From Atractiella rhizophila (taxonomy: Eukaryota): a stretch of DNA of 53,492 nucleotides. The notes beneath the pieces are model-generated. The model ran no database searches and was not told the DNA's origin. It was given only the letters and a program-made list of their open reading frames with translations. Of this stretch, positions 25,649 through 39,508 are shown piece by piece (the first letter of the stretch is position 1; every line of letters begins with the position of its first letter). The translations under genes were made by a program, and so were the position numbers. Location: assembly GCA_021432655.1 (NCBI GenBank), contig MU271248.1:71176-124667 (forward strand). The letters run 5' to 3'.

Positions 25649-28620
25649 CTATTTTGCGTAATGAAGAGTCCAAGTAGACATGAGACGTCTTCTATTCACC
25701 TGAGCCGCGGTTAGTCCCGGGGAACCATAAGTGAGAGGAGCGAAGAAGATGTAGCAGGAGAACAAGAGAGCGGCAGTAATGAACAGGATTGCCAGCATCG
25801 GTATCGATATTTCAGCCCTCGTAGCCCGTCGTTTCCTAGCCGGTGTGACCTGTGTAATTCCAGCAGGCGTGGGCGACACAGAATTCGTAGGTGCCGCGGC
25901 CGCGACTGGTGGTGCGACGGAGACGGGGTAGTTGATTGTCTGTGAAACGACGAAATGAAATACTCCTCCGGCCGCTAGGCAGGAGAAGATGTGTGCGGGC
26001 AGATAGTGGTGTAAGAATCTCTGACGATTCATTAGGAAAAAAGGCAGGTAATGAGCGAGCCATGCGAGGAGGAAGAAACCTGTGGAATTGTAGAGCCTAT
26101 TCCGAATGGCTACAGATAGAATCGGTCAGTAAGCAATATCTACCCGGAAAGCAAACAGAAGCCTACGATCGGGAATAGGCAATTCCCCTCGTCGACGAGA
26201 TAATTGGTCTGCTCCCATAATGCCCACTAGAACACTCAAGGCGATGACACCAATCCACCAGGACACAACGTTGCCAATCATGTAAATTTGCTCTCGATCT
26301 CCTTCCTTCCCGGTCCAAAAACTGATTCCGCTCAGTAAGAACGGCCAATTGATTGGTGTGGACGCGTAAGGATGAGAGTCTGTTAGACCAGCGTTGTGTT
26401 GGAGCATAGCGAACTGGAGCTCGAAGAACTTCTTGAAAAAGTTCATCCGCTTAACATTTTTCTGAACTTTAGGCTCCGGGCGAGAATAATCTGTCTCATC
26501 TGGGACTCTCTCAGGGGCAGCCATACAATGAACAAATTGACGTACTCGGATCCATCAATATTTCATCCACGAACCAGGTATTTGTCTTATCCTTCACGTT
26601 CTTGTTCCCGTTCACCTCCTGCTGCTTGAAAGCCCATTCAGGAAGGAGAGTATCGGAGTGCGTCCACATGGCAACTTTCGTCTGCTCGTGGATGAGTTTG
26701 AAGTGACCGCTTCTGGTCTTCCACTGTTGCCCCTCATGACCGCCGATAATTTCGAGCTTGAACAGCGAGTCGTCGTACTTGGCCGCGATATCCCCTTCCG
26801 GCCATGTCGTAAACTCCGTATTAGTCGGCATGAGCGGAGAGGCGACGTCGTGAGTAATGAGAATCGAATTTGTGTTCCTGTGAAGGAGTTGTACGATATC
26901 ATGGTGCCGCACTATCCGTCCTCGGCCGGTTTCGGGCAGTTCCTTGGTGGGAAGGACGATCCATTCGTTGTTCGTATCGTTGAAGTTGTAGGCTGTGACT
27001 TGCTGGCCTGTGATACGGGTAAGAAGCATGACAAGGACATAAAAGAGGCAACAGGCCTTTGGTGGAGATTCGGCCGTCGTCATACTTCAAAGGATATCGC
27101 TCGAGGTGAGAGTGCAGGTAGGCTTTCGTCTGCTTGTGCATGATGGTGATTGCGTCGTGATATTTGATCTCTAAATAGCTTTCATTTGAGAAAGGAAGCG
27201 TGGGTAAATAGTCGTCGGAATATCTCACCTTGAGCATGAAACGTCATTGGGCTACCGATGAGCGTCTCTTGGAAAGCGGGGCTCATGAAATCGTCTCCAG
27301 GGCCAGATTTAATGAGGATTGCAAAATGGATCCAGAAGAAGGACATGTAAACGATGGCAGGGATAAGGATGAGACCGAAAGCTCTGGCGAAGAAGTGCCT
27401 TCCCACATGTTCCTACACAAAAAGTGTTGTCAGAAACGGGGGAGCAGTTTGAGGAACAAAGCGTCACACACCATTGTTAATCCTCGTCGAATGTCCAACA
27501 ATTTCCACAAGTCCCAAACGACTGCAGCACCAATTGTGTAGAAAGTAAACAAGCCGACACCTTTACAACTAATGGAGCAGCTGAGGGCAACGCCGGTCAA
27601 GCAAAGCCAGGTCCACCACGGTTTTGTAAACTCGCTAAACGCGTGTCAGAGAACTACAGGTTCGACAAGAGGAAGAAATATCTGACTGGTATCGCAGTTT
27701 GTAAAACTTGATGTAACAGTAAAGGGCGAGGGCAGTAAAGAGTATCAAAGCACTGTCGAGTAGGATGAGTCGCGACTGAGAAATATGTGCGTTATCTTCG
27801 ACCAAGATAAATCAATGCCTATTATCACAGGTATTCCTGGGCAGTGTAACGGCTCACCAAAAACTACAAGGATAGCTGAGAACAGAGCGATTGGTCTTGG
27901 GTATCCGCTCTCGCGCATTGTAGCGTACATGACGACTGGGATGAGACTTCCAAAGATGGCTGGCAGTGCCCGGAGGCCAATATACGGTACGTCGTTCTTC
28001 AGGTAGTCGTCGCCAATGTTCTCGAATTCGAAGTGCCCGTCGTAACCAATCACCCAGCCTGTGCGCATGTATGAATACAGATAGGAAGCTAAGGAAACCG
28101 AGAGGTCGCACCGGCAAAGGCTAACAGTAGCTTTGCTAATGGTGGATGGACATCGAAAAAGTATTCCCTTCGAAGGTAGTATGAAGCGAATTTGCCGAAA
28201 TGAACTTCGTCGAACCTAGCACTAGACTTAACTCATCTATACGCTCGTGAATGGCGAAGCTTACACGACGGATGGGGGGTAGTGAATCTTCCAAAATCGC
28301 AAAATGGCAGATACAATGAAAATGCAGACCATCATTCCCAAATCCAAGTCTGAATTTGGCTGTGGGAAAGGTTCAAAGCTCGCTTGCTTCGAGTTCATGC
28401 CGCCGAGTTACCACTAGCCATATATGAACGAAAGGAAGCGCACCTTGCCATCCCATTCATCCTTTTGCCTCTCCTCCTGAGTATCCCCCTCATCGAGCTG
28501 CGACAAAGTCACATACTCCTTATTATCCTCTCTAGACCTCTTCTTTTTCAAGCTATTGGTAGGAGGTACGCCCAACTGGGCACCACCACCCTTACGGTGC
28601 GTCAGTCTGGGGTCATTCAT
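25649..28620 (-). CDS. PMT4: Dolichyl-phosphate-mannose protein O-mannosyltransferase, PMT4 subfamily
   Basis: [14 protein letters not shown]...[45 protein letters not shown] repeats [30 protein letters not shown]. The start codon is inferred. Confidence 0.92.
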
Positions 28621-28983
28621 CGCGACTGGGATGATGGATTCGGACACGTTTGCTACTGCGAGAACGGTTAAAGGGTGCTGGCGCGCATGTACTTTTGAGA
28701 ATTATGGACAAGGTAAGGTGGACTGCTTGAGACAATGTGGGAATGTGCTGAGTTGTTGGGTGGTGGTTGGAAAGTGGCACGTGGCAAATTGAACTCGATC
28801 GCAGCAAGAGGAAGAACCCCTCACTCAGGCAGACTGTGGGATTGCCAGAGGGCAATCTCGAAGAATACGTTCAAGCAATACGTGATATAATTCAATCAAA
28901 GAGACCATATCATACTGTGGAAACGCAGACACAAAGAAAGCCAACATGAACACTGAATATTTGTTGCGGGATTCTGGGGAGGA

Positions 28984-29868
<885 letters not shown>

Positions 29869-29982
29869 TTCTTAGACAGAGGGAAATTTATTACCTTATG
29901 ATTTCGTGGTTTATCGCGGGGTTTGAAGTTTGTGTTGGTGGTTTATCAAAACAACAAATCACAGATAATCGCGTCAACGAAT

Positions 29983-30048
29983 CACGTGACGCAGCCTGTC
30001 GTAGTTGACGTCATGATTTTGTCGAGGAGTGAGGTGTGAGATATAAAA
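29983..30048. promoter_or_regulatory. Candidate elements in the divergent promoter: E-box CACGTG, CRE TGACGTCA, TATAAAA
   Basis: CACGTG 29983-29988, TGACGTCA 30006-30013 and TATAAAA 30042-30048, ~135 nt upstream of ATG 30182. Confidence 0.5.
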
Positions 30049-30181
30049 AGGCAAAAGGAGCGCCACTGCTCGACGAAAACGAAAATTCACGAAACCATCA
30101 GATATTCTAATTCAAACACATAGCGTCAGTCTTTTTCGTTCGAATGAAGGCAAAGAAAGCTGATAGAGGGTTCTCAGCATC

Positions 30182-30723
30182 ATGAACGGTCAACTGAACA
30201 ACGCGCCCCTTCAACCAACCTCTTTCGCTTACAACCAAGGCTTACCTCACCAAGAGGCTGCTGGTGCCGGAGCTCGCATGGCACCCGCGGGAATGAACGA
30301 AGAAAACCAAACGAAGACACCTCCAGGTACGTTCAGGATTCTTGTTGACCTCAAATTTATGCATTTCGAACTGAACATGGCGCTGTGGTGTTAGAGGGGG
30401 AGAATCCGCCTCGGACCAACACCGCGTCTGAGAAGGTGACTGGGACCATCCCGTTCAAGGACCAAGTTGCAGGCGAGTTTATTCTTGCGTTCAAATGAAA
30501 CTAGTTGTGCTTATCGTCATGCATGAAGGTTACGCTAAGAAATTCGCGGGAAAGACTTTTGGGAATGTGCGTTTTTCTATTGCAAGGGAGAACAAAAGCA
30601 TCTGAATAGTCGAAATAGGAGCACGAAGTTGTTCAAGGGGAGATGAGGCTTCGAGGAGAAGACGTCCCGCCTGTTGATCAGATTAAGCAAGATTTGGCGA
30701 AGTCGAAGAGCGAGAGCACTTGA
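30182..30723 (+). CDS. Small hydrophilic hypothetical protein (~120 aa, 4 exons, one GC-AG intron)
   Basis: Spliced MNGQLNNAP...TPP|EGENPPRTN...IPFKDQVA|GYAKKFAGKTFGN|EHEVVQGEMRLRGED...SEST*; the frame is kept across three introns. Confidence 0.75.
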
Positions 30724-31102
30724 GGTCCTTCACTGCATCAAGTACAGAGTGTCAATATCTATACAATGTATAAATCTATTCTGTAACGGTGTGAATACAG
30801 CGTTGTATCGCTCTATGTGCAGCAGCGTGAGCAAGTCAGGTGCTTGCTGATATCAAACAAGGTTCTGGGACAAAGTTTGGGCAGGAGCTTCCCTTCATTC
30901 GCAGCATTTACGAGCAAGACGTTCGAGACGACCCCGTCATCTTCAGGCGTCTGCGTCTGGCGCAGTGTAAGACGATTCAACGACGACCTGCACCCTATCC
31001 ATATTACGCTTACGAATTCCGAGCTCAGACAAACGAGTGTAACGAAGAGCACACATTTCCTCCAATTTAATATTTTCCATCCTTCTCTCGTCCCGCTCCT
31101 TG

Positions 31103-32913
31103 ATGCCCAAAATGGCAGGATTCAAGGCATTCTGGGGAGGCATCGTGCATGGATCTCCGCCGCCTTCGGATCCTGCCAACCTACGAACAGACCCAAATCG
31201 TCTCAAGCGAAAGCCGTCCGCCTCTTCCTCCTCCTTTCGACGAACCCAGAAAGGATCCAAAGGCACAAAGAAGGCGAAGAAATCGAAATCTAAACCTTTT
31301 TCCATATTTTTCGAACGAAAGTCAAAGCTAGTACCTTTTGAAGAAACAGGCTCAGTTTCAGTGGATGAGGAGGACTGGGTGGTAATTGATGAGGGAGGGA
31401 ATCGGACGAATGCTGCGCGGATCAGGAATGGCAGTGGATATTATGCTTCGAGTGTGAGGAGTCGTGGTAGTAAAGGATCGGGCAAGCTAGGATCTCGAAA
31501 AAGAAAGCGCGGATGGATGTGTAAGTCGAGCACTTTGCCTTGGAATCTTGACCCAATGATGGAGTGTTTTATGACAGCATCACGGCGCTCGAATCAAGCT
31601 GCATCTTCTGGTAGCATACGTTCACATCGAAACCCTCACTCCCCTCCCACTCCGGCGACTCTCCAACTTCGATCAGGCACCCAACCTTTGGTCGCAACCG
31701 TCGAGAGATCAACTCTTCTGATGCTCTCATGAAATCTGTCATTGGGTTGTGGGATGAGAACGGCGTTGTTCGGCCTGACGCGTTCCAGAGCACAGAAAAA
31801 ACGACCAGGGAAGTGAAGAGGAAACCAGTTCCGAAGATGGATCAGGACGAAGAGATGGCAGCGGATGGATGGCAGGATGTCACGGAGGAGGACTACCGTC
31901 CGCCTGCTGGGGACGCTTCGAATCCTAATGGGACCTCGACCCCTCGTCCCTCCACTTCCCGACCTCCCAATAGCTCTGATATCGTCATGACGGCCTTCGA
32001 TGGTAGAACCGTGCCGATTGAACCAACGTCGACCATTCGTACTTCCCTTGCGAAATCACTCCCACGCCGGCTCAAGACGACTCGAAGAGGGACTCTTTCA
32101 AAAGGGAAGACGTCCAAGATTCTCAACTACGACGTGGTGCAAAACGACGACGCTTCTGGGACCGTCAGGCTTTCTCAGATCGCTCCAAAGGTCAAGTCGA
32201 ATGGAAGAATTGGAGGCTCTTCCCTCACTATCTCCCATTTCCTCAGCCGCCTTCGGAAGCAAGAGCAGAGCACGGATGAACCATCACCGTCCAATGCACA
32301 AGCGATCTCAGCGAAATCTTCACCAGAAGTGCCTGCGGCAGATCCCGCCTCTATTAGGACGCCTTTGAATGAATCTGGAAGGACCGACGTCCCGGGGGAT
32401 GGCAGAACACCAGAGGTGGTTGATGCGCAACCTCCTGTTCCCCCAAAGGACGATATTCCCCCTGCTAAAGTTTCCCAAGAATCTCGCCTTCACGAACCGG
32501 CTAAAAGGGATCATCCACAGGAAGTCAGTCAGCAGTCATCTGCCACAGAGCCCCCGCCTATGACTATCTCAAAGTTTGTCGAAGTCCTAAAGGGTGAGAT
32601 GGAACACGAAAACTTGCCCAACGGCCACACTCAGGATCCTTCGATCCAGTTCAGCGATGCCAGTTCGTCTCCCGGTGACGAGTCAGACATTCCTACTCCC
32701 ATGCGTGAGGACCCTAATCCCACGACCATTTCCACGTTCCTCTCTCTCTTGAAGGAAGAAACAGAAGGTCAGCTTCGCGAACAGGATCCTTCAAACGCCA
32801 CCAACGAAGGAGCGCTCCCCGATCCCGGTCTTCCTCAATCTAACGATCCTTCCATCTCGAAATTCCTCCAACAACTCAAACGTGAAACTGAAGGAGAGAA
32901 TCGTCCGAACTAG
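31103..32913 (+). CDS. Hypothetical disordered protein with a repeated short helical motif (junction of the two ORFs unresolved)
   Basis: ORFs 31100-31732 and 31729-32913 overlap; GTAAGT donor at 31521. I could not find a clean in-frame acceptor, so this may be a frameshift or two genes. Confidence 0.6.
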
Positions 32914-33269
32914 ACTCTGCGTTGTGGATTCGTCCAAATGTGCATACCCGTTGCGTCCTATTGTTCCGTCTACCGGTTTCGTTCCCTTCCGATCCCATGT
33001 TCCCCGCCATGCCATCAGTTCTGGCATCGGATTTTACGACAATACCCTGACAGAGTGATCATACCCTCAAGAATAAAAATCATCTGTTCCAGAATCCTTG
33101 CTTGTTATGCTATCTTGACTTCAAAGTGGTCTGTAACATTATCTGATATATTGACTCCATAATCCTATGTTCGTATACTAGACCCAAGAAACTTCGATTG
33201 TTACATTTTCACGGAGTAAAGCACAATCCAAGAGCTAGAAGCGATGGAAATAATCAATACTTGAATAGA

Positions 33270-36193
33270 TCATTGTCTCTGCAAATTGTGGTTTCCAGGG
33301 ATACCTTGGGCCAGACCCAACAGGCTGTTCCAATCAATATCCATCAACTGGTTCAAGTCCAAATTTGATCCTTGCATGAGGACAGGTCCTAATGCTGAGG
33401 CCACATTCGTCGAGGGCGGTGGCTCTGCGCATTGGGAAAACATGCCCGGTGCCGTGAAAGAGCTTGTTGACGTGGTTGAGCTTGCAGGTGTCATTCCTGA
33501 GAAACTTGGTGCCACCGGCGGCGAGATGCTTCCTCGGCCTGTAGACACATTCGCTATCGCTTGTTGTATGTGCCTGATGACTTGTGCTTGTTTGCGACAT
33601 GGATGTTCTGCACTTTCGACTCAACGTTGCAGCGACTCATGGATAATGAACTGACCAGGATGAGGGGCACATATGTCGAGGAATGCTGCTGACAGCTCCA
33701 ACAGTCGACAAATCTTGGAGGAACTCGGTTGCCTGTGAACTAGCTGAGAGGATTCGTGACGCACAGTCGCATCAAGAGTCAAGATGCCGTCTCCAGCCAA
33801 CTGTCAGCCTCGATCAGCCTTGCTTCCGAAAATGACCACAGCTTGGCGCACCTTCCCCAGCAACAAAGGAGGATAAGCAAATATAGTCATCAGAAGGGTG
33901 TCAGGCGCTGCAGAAATCATTTTGGCCAGTTCCACATCTATAGAGATGTTCAGATAAGATGGGAATTGAAACGAGCAAGTACCTGGGGTGAGAGGTGGAT
34001 ATATATGAGGCTCCATGGGCTGTGGCCAGCGTTTGAAGCGCACAGCAGTCACTGGACTTTCTGGTGCACGAGACTCCATCGAAAGTTTGAAAATAAGCTC
34101 CTCCCCAGCTTCAACTGCCAACGTCATGAACACGAAGAAAGCTTCTGGCGGTTTTACCTCCTCTCCGTTATTTATTGCTGCAATGTAATTGTTCCACCAT
34201 CGCAAAGAACTGGAGTTTACTCGAAAACGGAGCCATGGCTCGAAAATGTTCTCAAGGGTGGAGGCAAGGGGGTCAGAAGCATAGGAGTTAGTTTCTCGTA
34301 GAGTCTTGGGCCAATATTGTCGCCACCGCTCGAGGTCGAGGTGACAAAGATCCAAAGCCTTCACTTCTTTCGCTTCGTCCTGTTCTCCAACTGGATAAAA
34401 AGGAGCAGAACGAGCGACATTCCAAAGCTCTACCATACCGGCTAGTCGAACGTCCGAAGGCTGATCTCTGATGCTTGCAAATAGGCGAAGACTCTTGAGA
34501 GCTTCTGTAGGGTCTAATATCCCAGCTGGTCGGCCAGATTGTAAAGCGGCTTGAGTGTCGGTACATAGTAAGAGGAACTAAGAAACAGTTCAAATAGGTT
34601 CATAATGGTGAATAACGCACATATGCTCGAACGGCGGATAACACTTCGTGGAAGTTCTCTGGGTCGGCAACCTGAGAAACCGTCGAGAGTGACAGAATGC
34701 TCGTTTGCAAGCGTAGACTTCGAATTATGGTCAACAAATGGGGCATCAAAGGAAGAAACAAGTACCGATGAGATATTCGGCTCGCCATCCCCCCTAGCAT
34801 GAAAGAAGTGTCGTCATTCAGTTTCGCAGACAGCTGGGCACTTCCAGGAAGGCTCGAATGATGATCCGTTGGTGCGATTACCTTCCACAAAGTTGCAAAC
34901 AGCAGCGAGTGAACAAAATTAACAGAAACGGAGGTCTTAGTGGAAGACATCATCGTGTGGCCTAGATCTTCGTAGAGTACCTTCGCAAGAGCGCTGCAAC
35001 CCAATCACTTCAGATCTGGAGGCGAGAGCAGAACACCACCGACCGATAATTTGACACCCCTCGTGGACCTTCCAAAACTTTGTAATAAGCCCCAGTCGTT
35101 AGAATAACGTGAAAAAGCAAAGGACTCTTGTTTCTCATCACGTTGATATCTCTTTCTCTCGTAAATGACAAAGTTGGTACCTAGCAGAAGACATTAAATC
35201 GGAGAAGACAATCTCACTGGACAAGAAATAACCCAAGGAAGACATCGCGTCCAGAATATGTCCCACATCTCGTTGGCTTCTTGAAATGTGACGACACCTT
35301 TGGAAATGGCATCGCTGCGAGAGATGAGGGGATCTGAAGAAGCACGTGTGGCAGGAAAGTACGAAGGTTGAGAGGTCGAGCTGAGGGACATTGCTTCGAG
35401 ATTTTCAATCGTTTTAGCAAAGGTATATATGGGATTGTCTGCGCTAAATTCTGCTCCTTCCTCAAACGCGGTTCGTGCGTTCTTGCGATCTTGATTAAAA
35501 TCTTCCACAGATTGGGGAGACGCTGATGCGTTGGGAGACTTGGGAGACGCTTTATTAGCGGTGGTGGGTTGTTGGAGGACAAATTCGATCCTTTGAAGCT
35601 GTAGCTCGTCACCATCAGAAGTGAAAAAATAAGAGGACATCCCAAACAGACCCTGTCCGAGATCTCTAGCAATTTTTGTGTAACAAACTCATTGTTCCCA
35701 CTTGCTGGAATGATGTTTCGCACCGTCCGGTTTGAGGCGGATCTCTGTGCGCTCGGTGGCCCATCATACGTACCTTATGATTGCTCTCAGTTGGATATTC
35801 CGTGGAAAGGAGACGTTATACATTCGAGACTATATAATTCGCATCGACGACAGGGTATGCGGGACGGTCCATCGCATTTTTGTTTTACCTAAGAAGATTT
35901 AGAAACGGCTTGTTGGGTTTACAAGCCGAGCTACCTGTCTGCATTGCGAACAAGCCGCTCGAGAACTAGCGAGACGAAACGTCAGCCGAATCAAGCCAGA
36001 ACATCATGTGCGAAAATGAAAACAGGTAAGCGAGAATTGCCCATTGCAGCTTACAAACGTGGCAAATCTCATAGGATTAGCCTTACGTGCTGAGGTGTTG
36101 TGATTTGTGGGCGATGGAAAAGATAACACACCGGATTGGCCGCGAAGCAGAGCGCTCCGCATTATTCTCCGTTTTGGCGTCTGTCTCCTCCAT
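33270..36193 (-). CDS. Zn(II)2Cys6 fungal transcription factor (paralog 1)
   Basis: Spliced RPIR|SRAACSQCRQ|VKQKCDGPSRIPCRRCELYSLEC, followed by a fungal-TF middle region (DAISKGVVTFQEANEMWDIF...). Confidence 0.88.
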
Positions 36194-36581
36194 CCCTTTC
36201 TTTCCGGTCAGGCCAGGTGACAATCTAAGCGAGGCACTTGAGCCTCGCGGTAACTTGAATACCTAGCGATCGGGCCTGGGCTGGTTATGGAAGGAGCGTG
36301 GTAGAAACGTTGATTTGGCGGGCGAGGCTCGCACAGTGGGATTTGAAAGGGGAAAACCAGCCAAATGCTGTCTTCCTGTTCAGTCGATTGGGCTTCGGTG
36401 TAAGGCGAAGAAGGCGAGCACTGTTCGTGAGTGTTGAAACGTTTAGGGATTAATTTATACAAACACTGCGGGCAGTGCTCACACAAGGGGATCTCATGTG
36501 GACACGTGGCAGAGAGGGGATAGAGTTACTTTTTTACTACTACAACACAGAAGGCCTAGAACACCAAGTAAAAAACATGGG

Positions 36582-39428
36582 TTAATTATTCTTCAGAGCT
36601 ACCAAATGCTTCGCCAAATCCCAGCCCATGAGACTGTTGATGTTCTACCAGACAGAAATGATGAGAACACCGCACGAGAAGGACGAAGAAGCACACCTCA
36701 AATGCATGGGCGATATCTGCTGCGTTCTTCCCCGATAAATCTCCAATCAGGAATCTTGAAAGGAGATCGTCATCTACCTGCGTCATATTAGGTGAAGAAG
36801 AGGTCGATGAAGCAAAGGCAATGTTCTTCGGTCCATGCACACCCAGGACCTCTCTAACCTTTCGCAAGACTTTCGACTGTCCAAGGCCGATCAGTTGATA
36901 AGAGACACAGGAAAATGTACCGACCTGGAGTTTACAGAAGTGGTCTGGATTCGGGCTTGCGAGATCCAGAAAGTCGGCAGCGAGCAGAATAAGGCGACAT
37001 ATCTTAGTATCTTTCCCACACCCCGCTTCGTAAAGGACTGGTTGGTCACCTTTAGCGATGATCTCCATATCCAGCGTCAACAGGCCCTGTCCACACTTTC
37101 AGCCCAACGGCACGACTGAACGGAGGGCGGAAGCTTACTTCGCAAAATAACTTCGTTGCAAATAAGACGGGAAACGTTGCCATGACTGAAAGATATGTGT
37201 CTGGCGCAGTCATGAACGTCTGGGCGAGCTCCATATCCTATTCATGGGAGTGAATCCTACGTTGTATGTCCAGAGGCAAAACTGATTACGTACAGCGTTC
37301 AAAGCTGGGTATCTCGAAGGTTCATATGTTGGTGGCCAGGTCACCGCTCTGCTTCCATCTGCCTGCCAGCTCTCTACCGAAAACTTGAAGCACAACTCCT
37401 CCACAGCGGATAGAGCGATCGTCAATATCTTTCTCGCTTCGGTGGACATATCGAACGGTCTTGAGTTTCTAGCGTCAAGCCAAAATCTCAAGCCGAAACT
37501 GTTGACTCGAAAACGGATATAAGGATAGAGGAAGTTGAACATCGTCTTTATACTTGAATCTTCTCCTTCCACCCCGCCAGAGGCGACGATCTGTCTGAAG
37601 AGAGGTTGCCAAAAGCTATGCCAACGGTCAAGCTCCAAATTTCGCTCCTCGATAAACGCTATATCGAGAACATCCTGTCTTTGGAGACGCAAAAAGGCCA
37701 CACGACGAGCGATTGAGAAAAGCTCAAGGGTGGCTGCTATTCGTGCGTCCGATGGTTGCGCGTTCAAGTTTGCGAACACTCGAGCGGATTTCAACGCTTC
37801 CTCGATCTAAACCTAACGTTTGCTTCTCTGTCTGTATGGCACTCGGCGGTATGTGCGTACCTCTAAAGAGTTCGGGATCCTACCCGACTGCAACGAAGCC
37901 TGGGAATCCATGATAATCATACCATAATAGCATCTACATGCGCTAATCGTTTCCACGGTTGGCCCATCCGGATGGAAGGCCATGAGAGAATTTGGGCTTG
38001 TATTAAGTGAGACGCGATGAGCGAGGAAAGCAGCGAGACCATTCAAGAGGTAGGAAGATCCATCGTTCACTTTTGAATGGACGTGACAGTCATTCGATAG
38101 AGGCATGCCCGGAGTAGACTGGATAGGCTTGTAGAGATTGGAGATTATGACAGCTTTCACAAAGTCCACAGTAAGGTCACCTGCTTTCGGAGCTAGCAGC
38201 GTATGACCCAGCAACTCATCGAGCAACCGCACAAGAGCTATGCCAACATTAGTTACGAGTTAGCCCGATGTAAATGGAAGATACCAACCCGTGTAAACGG
38301 CAAGACATCGAGCGTTTAGAGTGGAAGAATAGTAAGCCGCTACTGCACAAATGGCGTGAAAAAGAATAGGCGATCGCTTTCGGACATGTTGAACGTTCCT
38401 ATCCAGCTTTATATCCATTATTGGTACCCAAGGAGCGCATCGAGCGTAAAAACTGCGAGCAATCTCCTCAGTACTACTTGAAGGCGAGAAAACAACATAC
38501 AACTCGAAAAGCGCCTCGGCATCTTGTTCGCTCAGAATAGCACGGTGGATAGCGTCCAAGTGCGGGAAATCTGTCTCGAAAACCCCCACGGAAGATGAGC
38601 CACCGTCAGCAGCTTTGGTGAGCGGCAACGCGCTCGCGGCTTCGTTTGTCAAAGCTTGGAGGCTTGCTATTGTTGCGCGGAAAGTTTTGATCGGATCAAG
38701 GAGGTCCACAGAGTCCATAGAAATAGGTCCATTCGGTAACTCCTCCCTCTCATATTGGGAGGAAGGAATTAACGGTCGAAGGTTTGTAAATGCCAAAGCA
38801 GGATCGATAGTACTCGAAGAAGTCGAGCCACGGTCCTGGCTGGCCAGAGCCCTTTCAATTTTCGACAGCCGGTCCATAATGCCTTTTAAGCTGCTTGATT
38901 GTAAGATCCAGAGTTCCCAAAAGAAAAATAAACTAACGAATCATCCATGGTTTCTAACTGATTGGTGACTGTGGTTGCAGATGTTAGAACTGCATCTCCA
39001 GGCAATTTTCGAGTCGAACGCGTAGCCGTCTCTTTTTTCCCGTACGGCTCATAGCGATTGTTGGACTCGCGATTCTTCGCTACTTCATTCGTCACATATT
39101 CGCAGCTAACCGTCTTTCAGGAAACGTGTGGAATCATGGGGGCAAGGAACGATGTACTTGAGTTCATATAGCTGGCACCGCTTGCATGCACCTGCCGTTG
39201 GGCCTTCGCCTTAAAAGAACATGAGCGACTGCTGGGTGATAAACAAGTGTATACCAAGACAGCGTTGTTTCGCCTTTTATCCGCGTCAACGAACTCAAAC
39301 AACAAAGGCTCAAGAAGTCACACCTTTCTACATTCGGTGCAGGCCAGTCTAGATCTTGACCCAGAGCCCTTTCCGTGTCCACCATGCGATCCACCAGCTC
39401 TTGTGTCGTTGATTTCCTCTGAATCCAT
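36582..39428 (-). CDS. Zn(II)2Cys6 fungal transcription factor (paralog 2)
   Basis: Spliced SRLACTECRK|AKQR|CEGPTAGACKRCQLYELN|C; DAIHRAILSEQDAEALFE...RSPILFHAICAVAA. The 3' end is approximate. Confidence 0.88.
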
Positions 39429-39508
39429 GTCAATATTTCCTAGGGGCGTGAAAGGGCGCGAGGAAGGAAGTCCTAGGCTTTATTCAGTGGGTCCCTCGGC
39501 TCGGGGAA

